Shown: positions 8,570-17,377 of the stretch, piece by piece | Numbering within the stretch: the stretch's first letter is position 1 | How the letters are laid out: the number at the start of each line of letters is the position of its first letter | IMG/VR virus record: IMGVR_UViG_3300044698_000184 | Span: 1 to 36,888 of that record | DNA: 36,888 nt | Source of the DNA: a virus | Taxonomy: Duplodnaviria > Caudoviricetes | Strand: one strand, 5' to 3' | The notes under the pieces: model-generated | What the model was told of the DNA's origin: nothing | The model's input: the letters and a program-made list of their open reading frames with translations, nothing else | The model's database searches: none | Made by a program: the position numbers and the translations under genes

Positions 8570-8777
8570 TGCCGCCGTGGGATTTTGCGACGCTCACCCG
8601 AGCCTCTGGCTGTAGCCACTTGTCCACGTCGGCCTTCCGGTAGCGCACGGAGTGGCCAGCCATGACGGCCGGAGGCCCCTCGCCGTTGCTGCGCCAGCGG
8701 TAGACGGTCCACCGCGAGATCCGCAGGTAGTCGGCGAGCTCGTCGACCGTCAAGAGGCGGTCATCGGCTATTGGCAT
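8559..8777 (-). CDS. excisionase/AlpA-like (MerR-type HTH) DNA-binding protein
   Basis: LLTVDELADYLRISRWTVYRWRSNGEGPP...VRYRKADVDKWL; AGGAG RBS. Confidence 0.9.
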   Translation of the reverse strand: MPIADDRLLTVDELADYLRISRWTVYRWRSNGEGPPAVMAGHSVRYRKADVDKWLQPEARVSVAKSHGGISG

Positions 8778-9023
8778 GGTCTGCTCCTGTAGGTGGTGAG
8801 AGCGGACCCGTTTGGGGTCCAGGGGTCATGGTGAAGCGATAGTGGTCAGATGTAAACAGCGCGGACCCGTGTGTTTGAAACACGCATAGAGATAGGTCGC
8901 AAACTGCCGAACGAGCGGAGATTTCACGCCGGCATGTGCACACGTGCACACGTGCTCGGGGGGATACGCGCGAGGGTCTAGGCGACCGGCACGCTTGCTC
9001 TGTCCCCGACGGAGCATCGCCAC

Positions 9024-9218
9024 GTGTCGACTGAGCCGCCACGCCGGCGGACCGTGAAAGTTGCCCGGTCGGCCCGCCGGCCGGTCAGTCCGATCGTGTC
9101 CGAACTGCTCGTGCTCGCAGGGTTCGCCGGGATCCTGTGGGTGCTGGCCACGTTCGACTGGCGGATCTCGGTCGCCCTGGCGTCGTTCGCGGCGATCCGT
9201 GTCGGGGCGTCCACGTGA
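9024..9218 (+). CDS. small membrane protein preceding portal
   Basis: Two hydrophobic segments; GTGA overlap with portal. Confidence 0.6.
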   Translation: MSTEPPRRRTVKVARSARRPVSPIVSELLVLAGFAGILWVLATFDWRISVALASFAAIRVGAST

Positions 9219-10453
9219 GCCGCCTCTACGAGGCGCTGATGGGCCGGTCCCTGGAATCGCCGTCGACACGGCTGACCGGCGCCAACATCCTCAAGCTCCT
9301 CGGCGGGTCGATGGCCTCCGACGCAGGCATCTACGTGTCGCCGGACACGGCGATGCGGTTCTCCGCGGTGTACCGGTCGGTATCGCTGCTGGCCGGCACG
9401 ATCGCGTCGTTTCCGCTGCACACCTACGTGCGGCCCACCACCGGCGGCCGCGAAAAGTACGACTCGGTGCTGCTGCGGGATCCGCACCCGGACATGACCC
9501 CGTACGAGTTCTGGGAGTTCGCGGTCACGTCGATCTTGCTGCAGGGCGACGCGACGACGTGGAAGGCCCGGGACAGTCAGGGCCGGATCGCGCAGCTGTG
9601 GCCGCTGCACCCCAAGGACGTACGGATCTTCCGGGACAAGCCGACGTCGGACAACCCGTCAGGGAAGCTGTTCGAGGTCACCGACCCGCCGTCAGGGTCG
9701 CAACGCACGTTCACCCGCAACGAGATTCTGCACATCCCGGCGATCTCGATGGACGGCGTGAAGGGCCTGTCGCCGATCGCTGCGTCCCGGCAGGCGATCG
9801 GGCTCGGGCTGGCAGCCGAGCGGTTCGGGGCCCGAATGTTTTCCCGCGGGGCGCTGCTGCAGGGGGTCCTGCGGACCGACAAGGAACTGAAGGACGCCGC
9901 GGTCGACCGGCTCAAGCAGCAGTGGCGCGACAAGACCACCGGCCCGGACGCCCACTGGGACATCCCGGTCCTCGACCAGGGCACCACGTACGTGCCGATC
10001 GGGCTGCCGCCGGAGGACGCGCAGTACATCGAGGTCCGCAAGTTCCAGATCGACGACGTGGCCCGCGTGTTCGGTATCCCGCCGCATCTGCTCGGCAGCG
10101 TCGAGAAGTCCACGTCGTGGGGCACAGGGATCGAACAGCAGAACATCGGGCTGGTGGTCTACACGCTGCGGCAGATCACGACCCGGATCGAACAGCGGGT
10201 CACCAAGGAGCTGCTCCCGGCCGGCCGGTACGCCCGGTTCTCGATGGATGCGCTGCTGCGCGGGGACGCGCGGGCCCGCGCCGAGTTCTACGCGAAGTTG
10301 CGTCAGTACGCGAACGTCGGCGGCGACGAGATCCGTGAGTGGGAGGACCTGCCGCCACGCGACGGCGCCGACGAGATGTGGCGTCCCAAGAACATGGAAG
10401 TGGTCGGTGCCGAGCCGCCCGCCGACGACCTCGAGGAGGCCGACGATGAGTAA
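9215..10453 (+). CDS. portal protein, HK97 family
   Basis: AVYRSVSLLAGTIASFPL, EILHIP...GLSPI, DAQYIEVRKFQIDDVARVFGIPPHLLG, LLRGD. Confidence 0.97.
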   Translation: MSRLYEALMGRSLESPSTRLTGANILKLLGGSMASDAGIYVSPDTAMRFSAVYRSVSLLAGTIASFPLHTYVRPTTGGREKYDSVLLRDPHPDMTPYEFWEFAVTSILLQGDATTWKARDSQGRIAQLWPLHPKDVRIFRDKPTSDNPSGKLFEVTDPPSGSQRTFTRNEILHIPAISMDGVKGLSPIAASRQAIGLGLAAERFGARMFSRGALLQGVLRTDKELKDAAVDRLKQQWRDKTTGPDAHWDIPVLDQGTTYVPIGLPPEDAQYIEVRKFQIDDVARVFGIPPHLLGSVEKSTSWGTGIEQQNIGLVVYTLRQITTRIEQRVTKELLPAGRYARFSMDALLRGDARARAEFYAKLRQYANVGGDEIREWEDLPPRDGADEMWRPKNMEVVGAEPPADDLEEADDE

Positions 10454-11342
10454 CCGTGACCGCCGTCACCAGCGCCTGCTACGCGCCGGAGTGCCCGACC
10501 TCGAGGGACGCGAGTTCCGCGGGGTCGCCCGATCCAAGCCGCGGGTCGACACGGCCGGCCGGATCATGGTCGAAGCCCAGGTGCAGCTGCGCGCCGACGA
10601 GGACGACGAGGGCCCCATCATCGAGGGCACCGGGACCGTCTACGACACGTGGGCCACGATCGGCCGGTACTGGCCGTTCCGGGAAAAGTTCGCGCCGGGC
10701 GCCTTCTCGAAGACCCTGACCGACGGTGCCGACGTCCGGTCGATGAAGAACCACGACATCAACCATCTGCTGGCCCGCACGAAGGCCGAAACGCTCGAGC
10801 TGTGGGAGGACGACGAGGCGCTCCGCTACCGGATCCACGTCAACCCTGACGACCCGTCGGCGATGTCCACCCACGCCCAGGTCAAGCGCGGCGACATCGA
10901 CGGGTCTTCCATCTGGTTCGAGGTCGTCGCCGAGCAGTGGACGTTCGCCAACGAGGACAACGGCCTCGAGATGGACGAGGTCATCGTCACCGAAGGCAAG
11001 CTGCACGAGACCGGCCCGGTCGTGTTTCCCGCCTACGAGACCACCGAGTCCCACGCCCGCGCGCTGGACACGATCCTGCGCGCCGGCGAACACCTCGAGG
11101 AGCAGCGCCAGCACGTCCAGGTCGCCATCGACGACCCGTCGACCCTGCTGCGGCAGCTGCAACACGCCGGCGTCGACGTGGCCGCGCTGGCCCGTCTAGC
11201 CGCCCCTGACGATGACAGTGCAAGTCAGCGGGCCGCCGAGGAGGCACCTGCAGCCGACGCGCCGCCGAGGAGGCACGAGTCGGAACGCCGAGACCACCTG
11301 GCCGCCATGCGGCGGCTGACCGACAACCTGATCAAGGAGTAG
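10446..11342 (+). CDS. HK97-type prohead protease
   Basis: FREKFAPGAF, NHD..LLART...L.L.ED, RGDIDGSSIWF, LHETGPVVFPAY. Confidence 0.95.
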   Translation: MSNRDRRHQRLLRAGVPDLEGREFRGVARSKPRVDTAGRIMVEAQVQLRADEDDEGPIIEGTGTVYDTWATIGRYWPFREKFAPGAFSKTLTDGADVRSMKNHDINHLLARTKAETLELWEDDEALRYRIHVNPDDPSAMSTHAQVKRGDIDGSSIWFEVVAEQWTFANEDNGLEMDEVIVTEGKLHETGPVVFPAYETTESHARALDTILRAGEHLEEQRQHVQVAIDDPSTLLRQLQHAGVDVAALARLAAPDDDSASQRAAEEAPAADAPPRRHESERRDHLAAMRRLTDNLIKE

Positions 11343-11346
11343 GCAC

Positions 11347-12681
11347 ATGCCTCCCACCCCGACCGTAACGGCCGAGGATCCCGACGTCCGCCGTGACGCA
11401 CGGGCCCGGCTCGACCATCACCTCGAGGAACGTCAGCGTGCCGTTGAGGCCGCCAACGCGATCCTCGAAGGCGCCAACGCCCGCGCGGAAGGCGAGCAGG
11501 AGTTCACCAGCGAGGAGCTGCAGTCGCACTCTCGTGCGACGGCCGACATCCTCCGGCACAACGAGCAGGTCCAGGTGCTGCGTGCCCACCTCGGGCTCGT
11601 GGAACCGCTGGCCTCCCAGATCCGCTACGAGGACATCCCCGTCGGCGGGTCCCCGCTCGACGTGCCGTCCGACCAGCGTGGCACCCCCACCGCCGGTGCG
11701 GACCTGACCGAGCTCGAACGGCGTGCCGCCACCGCCGAGTACCGGCAGGCGTTCGTGGCCTACCTGCGGCGCGGCATGGCCGGCCTCAACCAGGACCAGC
11801 GGGACCTGCTCGAAGGGGTCCAGCGTGCCCAGTCGTCCCAGGACGACCAGACCGGCGGGTATCTCGTCCCGACCCAGCTGGCCAACCGGGTCATCGAGAC
11901 CGCGCAGACCTGGAACGGTGTCGAACGTGCCGGCGCGACCGTCGTCACGACCGAGAACGGTGTCGAGATCCAGTTCCCGACGGCCTCGGCGGTCGACGAG
12001 GGCGAGATCATCGGCGAGAACGACGAGGTCACCGAGGACGACGAAGAGTTCGGGCTGGTCGCGATCCGGGCCTACATCTTCTCCTCGAAGATGATCCGGG
12101 TCCCCCGGTCGCTGCTGCAGGACGCCGGCATCGACCTGGACGGCTACCTGTCCGGACGGCTCGGCCGCCGCATCGGCCGCCGTCAGGGCCGCGCGTTCAC
12201 GACCGGTTCCGGGTCCTCGCAGCCCGAAGGGATCACCGTCGGCGCGACCGTCGGAGAGACCGCCGCGTCCGCCACGGCCGTCACCTACGGCGAACTGGTC
12301 GACCTGAAGTACTCGGTCGACGAGGCGTACCGGATGAACGGCCGGTGGATGTTCCACGACACCACGCTGGCCGCGATCCTCAAGCTGGTCGACGGCGACT
12401 CCCGTCCGCTGATCAACTGGGACCCGCGCGTCGGCGAACCGGACACGATCCTCGGTGACCCGTTCACCACCAACAACCACATGCCGACGATGGCGACCGG
12501 CAACAAGTCGGTCACCTACGGCGACCACTCCGGCTACATGATCCGGCGCGTCCGCGGCGTCGAGATCCTGCGGCTCGAGGAGCGGTACGCGGAACGTCAC
12601 CAGATCGCCCTGCTCGGGTTCCAGCGTGCCGACGGTGCACTGCTGGACACCGGCGCCGTCAAGACGCTGCAGCAGGCCTGA
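11347..12681 (+). CDS. major capsid protein, HK97 fold with N-terminal scaffold (delta) domain
   Basis: GGYLVPT, TGSGSSQPEGI, LVDGDSRPL, GDHSGY.IRR, RADG. Confidence 0.97.
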   Translation: MPPTPTVTAEDPDVRRDARARLDHHLEERQRAVEAANAILEGANARAEGEQEFTSEELQSHSRATADILRHNEQVQVLRAHLGLVEPLASQIRYEDIPVGGSPLDVPSDQRGTPTAGADLTELERRAATAEYRQAFVAYLRRGMAGLNQDQRDLLEGVQRAQSSQDDQTGGYLVPTQLANRVIETAQTWNGVERAGATVVTTENGVEIQFPTASAVDEGEIIGENDEVTEDDEEFGLVAIRAYIFSSKMIRVPRSLLQDAGIDLDGYLSGRLGRRIGRRQGRAFTTGSGSSQPEGITVGATVGETAASATAVTYGELVDLKYSVDEAYRMNGRWMFHDTTLAAILKLVDGDSRPLINWDPRVGEPDTILGDPFTTNNHMPTMATGNKSVTYGDHSGYMIRRVRGVEILRLEERYAERHQIALLGFQRADGALLDTGAVKTLQQA

Positions 12682-12760
12682 CCCCCGCGGCCCCGGGCAG
12701 GAACTACGCCCGTCCGGGGCCACGGCCCACAACCAGCGACAACGAGCAGGAGCACACCAC

Positions 12761-13159
12761 ATGTTGAAGGAGAACCGCACCTCCGTCGCGTCGACGATCC
12801 GGCCGCAGGCAGCCACGGCGACCGTCACCGGCGAGACCGTCGACCTGGCCGGCTACGACGCTGCCACGGTCGTCCTCGACGTCGGCGCCTGGACCGACGG
12901 CACCCACACGTTCTCGGTCGAAGAGGCCGAAGACGACGGGGCAGGGTCCCCGGACACGTGGGCAGCCGTCGCCGACGCAGACCTCGACGGCACCGAACCG
13001 GTCGTGGACGGCGCCGCCGACGACGACACCATCGTGGCGATCGGCTACTGGGGGACCGCACGGTTCCTCCGGGTCGTGAACACGGTCACCGCGGCGCCGG
13101 CGACCGGCCTCGTGTTCGCCGCGACCGTGATCCGCGGTGCCCCGCGCCGTCTGTCCTGA
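12761..13159 (+). CDS. virion accessory/decoration-like protein
   Basis: AGGAG RBS; beta-rich; VDLAGYD...GYWGTARFLRV; follows the capsid gene. Confidence 0.7.
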   Translation: MLKENRTSVASTIRPQAATATVTGETVDLAGYDAATVVLDVGAWTDGTHTFSVEEAEDDGAGSPDTWAAVADADLDGTEPVVDGAADDDTIVAIGYWGTARFLRVVNTVTAAPATGLVFAATVIRGAPRRLS

Positions 13160-13644
13160 TGGGCGCAGGACACACGGTCGTTCGGGTCCGGCAGTCAATC
13201 GCCGGACCCGAACATGCCCATCCGGTCGGCCAACTTGTCGACATGCCCGTCGACGTCGCCGGCCGCTACCACGACGACGGCGTCGTCGACTACGTGGACG
13301 ACTACGAGGAGGAGGACGTCGTGCCGTTCGGACCCGACCGCCGCAACGTCGCACCCGCAGGCCGCCGGCCGGACGCCGAACCGGCAGGCCGACAGGCAAC
13401 TGCGGAACCGGCACGGACGGACACGTCGTCGTCGCCCGCCGGCGACAACCGCAGCAGCGCCGACGACGACAGTGAGGACGCCGGGGGCGATGATGACGGC
13501 GACGTACCGGACAACGTCGACGACGTGAAGGCTTGGGTGGGCGACGACCCGGCCCGCGCGGCCGCGGCCCTGCAGGTCGAACGTGCCCGGATCCGCGGGC
13601 CCCGCAAGACCTTGGAGCCGTGGCTCGCCGAACTGGCAGGATGA
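13159..13644 (+). CDS. head-associated hypothetical protein with C-terminal 45-aa helical module
   Basis: TGATG coupling; module shared with 14974-15330. Confidence 0.7.
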   Translation: MGAGHTVVRVRQSIAGPEHAHPVGQLVDMPVDVAGRYHDDGVVDYVDDYEEEDVVPFGPDRRNVAPAGRRPDAEPAGRQATAEPARTDTSSSPAGDNRSSADDDSEDAGGDDDGDVPDNVDDVKAWVGDDPARAAAALQVERARIRGPRKTLEPWLAELAG

Positions 13645-13647
13645 CCT

Positions 13648-14505
13648 GTGCAGCGGGCGCTCGCGGGCGCAGACACGACAGTACGTCTGCAGCTGCTCGA
13701 CGGTAACGGCGAGCCGGCCGTCCCGAGCGCCCCCCCGGACGTCACGGTCGTCGACGCCGCCGGCACCGAAGTCGCCGGCTCCCCGTTCGCCACGTCGATC
13801 GTCGAGAACGACGTCGTCGAGTTCACCCTGCCCGCCGCAGTCACCGGCACCCTCGGCACCTACACGGCATCCGCGTCCGCAGCCACCGCCGGCGGGGCGA
13901 CCATCATCGGGTCTCTCGTCGTGGAGACCGTCGGCGGGTTCCTGTTCGGGGTCAAGCAGCTCCGCGACCGGGACCCCACCATGTTCGACGACTCCGGCGT
14001 GTACACCGACCAGTTCCTGCGCACCGCCCGTACCGCCATCGAGGAACGCCTCGAGCGGGCCGCACGTCGGGCGTTCGTGCCCCGGGCCCGCCGGATCAGT
14101 GCGGTGGTCGACCGTCGCGGCGGGCTGGCCTTGCCCGACATCGACATCCGTGCGGTCACCGCAGTCGTGGTCGACGGGGCTGCGGTCGACGTCGCCGACG
14201 TGGAGTTGACCGGCAGCACGTTCGGGACGCTGCGGCCCGCCGATTCGCGATGGATCGAAGGCGACCCGATCACGGTCGCGTACGAGTTCGGGCTCGACAC
14301 GCCACCGCATCCGGTCGTCGACGCTGCCATCACGTTCGCGCGCGAGGCGATCGTGAAGTCGGCGCTGCCCGCCAGGGCCACCTCGATCGCAACCGAACAG
14401 GGAACGTTCCGGATCACCGTGGCCGGCCGCGACGGATGGACCGGCATCCCCGAAGTGGACGTGGTGCTGCGCGACTTCGGCCGCAACGAACCGGCCGTGG
14501 GATGA
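13648..14505 (+). CDS. head-to-tail adaptor with N-terminal Ig-like extension
   Basis: Position; IEERLERAARRAFVPR...ITVAYEFG...TGIPEVDVVLRDF. Confidence 0.75.
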   Translation: MQRALAGADTTVRLQLLDGNGEPAVPSAPPDVTVVDAAGTEVAGSPFATSIVENDVVEFTLPAAVTGTLGTYTASASAATAGGATIIGSLVVETVGGFLFGVKQLRDRDPTMFDDSGVYTDQFLRTARTAIEERLERAARRAFVPRARRISAVVDRRGGLALPDIDIRAVTAVVVDGAAVDVADVELTGSTFGTLRPADSRWIEGDPITVAYEFGLDTPPHPVVDAAITFAREAIVKSALPARATSIATEQGTFRITVAGRDGWTGIPEVDVVLRDFGRNEPAVG

Positions 14506-14963
14506 CCGCCACGACCGCATGGGCAGCCATCGACGGGCTCGAAGCGGCACTGAAGGCCTCCGACGGGCTGACCGCGAAACGGACCCGGATCTCGCAGGGG
14601 TTCCCGACCGGAGGGCCACTGTCGGACCGCCCCGAAGTGTGGATCCCGGCCGAGATCGACGACCTGAACCAGGTCGCGGACCTGTCCGGCACCGCCGGCG
14701 TCGGCAAGTTCGAGGAGACCTACCGGCTGCGGATCTACATCGTCCGGATCGTGCCCGCGTCGGGGACCTTCAAGGACCATCGGGCCAAGCTCGAGGAGAT
14801 CGTCGACCCGGCCGTCGACGCCGTCCGTGCCGACCAGCAGCTCGGCGGTGCCGTGCACCTGGCAACCCCCGCCGGGATCGCCCTGTCCGAGTCGTTCGCG
14901 TCCGAGACGACCCGGTCCCTCGACGCGGTCATCTGGGTCGACGTCGAAGCGTTCGTGTGCTGA
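14502..14963 (+). CDS. tail terminator/completion-like protein
   Basis: ATGA overlap; AVRADQQLGGAV motif; position before the major tail gene. Confidence 0.6.
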   Translation: MTATTAWAAIDGLEAALKASDGLTAKRTRISQGFPTGGPLSDRPEVWIPAEIDDLNQVADLSGTAGVGKFEETYRLRIYIVRIVPASGTFKDHRAKLEEIVDPAVDAVRADQQLGGAVHLATPAGIALSESFASETTRSLDAVIWVDVEAFVC

Positions 14964-14973
14964 AAGGACCGTC

Positions 14974-15330
14974 ATGCCTTCTGTCCCGCTGATCGGACCG
15001 GCCACCGTCGTGTGGCACGAACCGGGCCGTGGCCGCATCCGGGTCCGGTTCGACCCTGGACGGATCGTCCCGTCCGGGCCCGACGAGGAGACCGCCGCCA
15101 ACCGCATCGCTGTGCTTGCAGCAGCAAGCACACGGGGGGTGCCGGACACCGTCGACGACGTGAAGGCCTGGGTGGACGAGGACCCGGCCCGCGCCGGCAG
15201 GGCGCTGCAGGCAGAACGTGCCCGCCCCGGCGGGCCCCGCAAGACCCTGGAGCCGTGGCTGGAGGGTCTAGCCGCGCCCGACGATGACACCGGTGGCGAT
15301 GACGCCGCCGACGACCACGAGGAGTCCTGA
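14974..15330 (+). CDS. hypothetical protein with duplicated 45-aa helical module
   Basis: AAGGA RBS; VPDTVDDVKAWV...GPRKTLEPWL. Confidence 0.7.
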   Translation: MPSVPLIGPATVVWHEPGRGRIRVRFDPGRIVPSGPDEETAANRIAVLAAASTRGVPDTVDDVKAWVDEDPARAGRALQAERARPGGPRKTLEPWLEGLAAPDDDTGGDDAADDHEES

Positions 15331-15331
15331 C

Positions 15332-16306
15332 GTGATCCAGACTGCGATCTCCGACGTCGGCGTCGCCCTGCAGTCCGCCAAAGGCAGCGCCGCAGCCAAC
15401 CCGACCTACCAGCACGGCGTGAAGGGCGGCCAGGTCGCCCAGGTCGAGATCTCCCAGGACGCCGAGGACCTCACGTCCGGCGTCCGGGTCGCCGGACATG
15501 CCAACCGGGTCGCCGCCATCGCCGGCGCCGACTGGACCTCCCGTGTGTGGAAGGACCAGATCGGCCTGCTGCTGTACCTGGCGCTCGGTGGCTACTCGGT
15601 CACCGGCGTCGGCCCGTACACCCACACGATCACCCTGGCCGGGTCGCTGCCGTACGCGACCGTGTGGGGCACCCTGAACGGCAACCACCTTCGGCTCGAC
15701 GACGCCAAGCTCGACGAACTGCAGATCTCCTGGGACCGCAACAACCCCCTCGAGGTCGCCTGCACGTGGCTCGGTATCGACCTGACCCCCGGCGTGTCCG
15801 ACCCCACACCGGATTCGGACGTGACCTGCGACACCTACCTGACCCCGGTCGGTGGGACGTTCCGGATCGACGTCGACGGGGCGACGCCCGCCGCTGCGAA
15901 GGTCACCGCCGGCGAGATCACCATCGCCAACAACGTGGTCACCGACCCGATCTCGGGGGCGATCACGCCCGACGACATCGACGAGGCCCGCATCGACCTG
16001 GGCGTGTCGCTCACGATCAAGCCCGACACCCTCGACGTCTGGCGCGAATCGGTGTTCGGGGCCGCCGCCGGCACCGACATCGAAGAGACCGTCGTGTACG
16101 GGTCGTTCGACGTCGCGTTCACCGACGGGACCAACACGCTCACCATCGCCGGGGAACGGGTCCCGTTCCTGTGTTCGATCCCCGACGCGAACCCGTCCGG
16201 CGGGCCCGCCACGATCACCCTGGAAGGGATGCTGCTCGGCTGCGGCGCCACCGACGAACCCATCGAGGTGACGCTGGTCAACAGCGTCGCCGACTACACC
16301 GCCTGA
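15332..16306 (+). CDS. major tail (tube) protein
   Basis: GAGGAG RBS and GTG; GPYTHTIT; beta-rich and acidic; precedes the tail chaperones and TMP. Confidence 0.85.
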   Translation: MIQTAISDVGVALQSAKGSAAANPTYQHGVKGGQVAQVEISQDAEDLTSGVRVAGHANRVAAIAGADWTSRVWKDQIGLLLYLALGGYSVTGVGPYTHTITLAGSLPYATVWGTLNGNHLRLDDAKLDELQISWDRNNPLEVACTWLGIDLTPGVSDPTPDSDVTCDTYLTPVGGTFRIDVDGATPAAAKVTAGEITIANNVVTDPISGAITPDDIDEARIDLGVSLTIKPDTLDVWRESVFGAAAGTDIEETVVYGSFDVAFTDGTNTLTIAGERVPFLCSIPDANPSGGPATITLEGMLLGCGATDEPIEVTLVNSVADYTA

Positions 16307-16319
16307 AAGGCACGTCCGC

Positions 16320-16643
16320 ATGGCCACGCCCAAGACCGCTCTGCCCGTCGACGTCTATCTCGACGGCGACGTCCACCATCAGATCATCGTCGGCGCCCGC
16401 GAACGCATCGAGACGTCCCGGCACTTCAACAAGCCGATCGCGGAACTGCTCGGCGACGGCAACGAGGAGGCCCTGGCGTACCTGGCCTGGCTGGCATGCC
16501 GCAGGAACACCGGCATGGACGTCCCGGACAAGTTCGACGAGTTCGTCAAGGTGCTGATCGCGGTGGAACCCGACCTGCCCGACGACGAGGACGGCAACGA
16601 CGCCGACGACGAGGAGGACGGCGACCGTGGGGGGCGAGACTGA
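16320..16643 (+). CDS. tail assembly chaperone (gpG-like)
   Basis: Between the major tail gene and TMP; ends in GGG GGG CGA slippery-like sequence. Confidence 0.8.
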   Translation: MATPKTALPVDVYLDGDVHHQIIVGARERIETSRHFNKPIAELLGDGNEEALAYLAWLACRRNTGMDVPDKFDEFVKVLIAVEPDLPDDEDGNDADDEEDGDRGGRD

Positions 16644-16830
16644 CCCGGACGTGGACCTGGTGGCCCGCATGTCGCTGGCCACCCAGACGCCCGTACCGGA
16701 TCTGCTCGACACCCCACCGGACGTGTTCGACCGGCTCGTCGAACTTGTCATCGAATGGCAGAAACAGGATCAGCAGCAACGGGCCCGTGAACAGCTGAAG
16801 GCCCGCCTCGGAGGACGTCGTGGCCGGTGA
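16627..16830 (+). CDS. frameshift extension of tail chaperone (gpT-like), -2/+1 frame
   Basis: Overlapping ORF entered at the G6 run (16629-16634); LVARMSLATQTPVPDLLD. Confidence 0.65.
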   Translation: MGGETDPDVDLVARMSLATQTPVPDLLDTPPDVFDRLVELVIEWQKQDQQQRAREQLKARLGGRRGR

Positions 16831-17374
16831 CCGGTTCCTGCAGGTCAAGCGCGGGTTCGGCGTCGACGTCTCGATCATCGGCCTGGCCGAGCTCGAGAAG
16901 GGCCTGCGGTCCTTCGACCCGACCCTGGCCCGCATCATGAACCGCGAGTTCCGCGACGCCCTGACACCCGTGGTCAAGGAGGCGCAACGCAACGTCCCCG
17001 CCGTGGCGCTGTCGGGGTGGGACGCCACGGGCGACGGCGAATGGTCCACCCGGCTCGGCTGGGACTCCGGCCAGGTCGCCAAGGGCATCAAGGTCCGCAA
17101 GGGTGCCGGCCGCACCCGGCGGCGCACCCGCGGCGGCGTGCAGGTCGCCTGGCGGATCGTCAACGAGAACCCGGCCGGGGCCGTGTTCGAACTGGCGGGC
17201 CGTCGCAACGGCGGCTCCGCGATGGGCCAGGCGTTGACCGGCCGGCACGGGCAGGCGTCACGGCTGATCTGGGACGCCTGGGAGAAACGCGGCTCCCAGG
17301 TCGAACCGAAGATCCGCATGGCCGTCGCCAACGCCGAACGGGCCCTGCAGGCCGCCGTCGACGGGATGGTGTGA
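16820..17374 (+). CDS. HK97 gp10-like tail/neck protein
   Basis: IIGLAELEKGLR...AVFELAG...RLIWDAWE; basic. Confidence 0.65.
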   Translation: MAGDRFLQVKRGFGVDVSIIGLAELEKGLRSFDPTLARIMNREFRDALTPVVKEAQRNVPAVALSGWDATGDGEWSTRLGWDSGQVAKGIKVRKGAGRTRRRTRGGVQVAWRIVNENPAGAVFELAGRRNGGSAMGQALTGRHGQASRLIWDAWEKRGSQVEPKIRMAVANAERALQAAVDGMV

Positions 17375-17377
17375 CCC

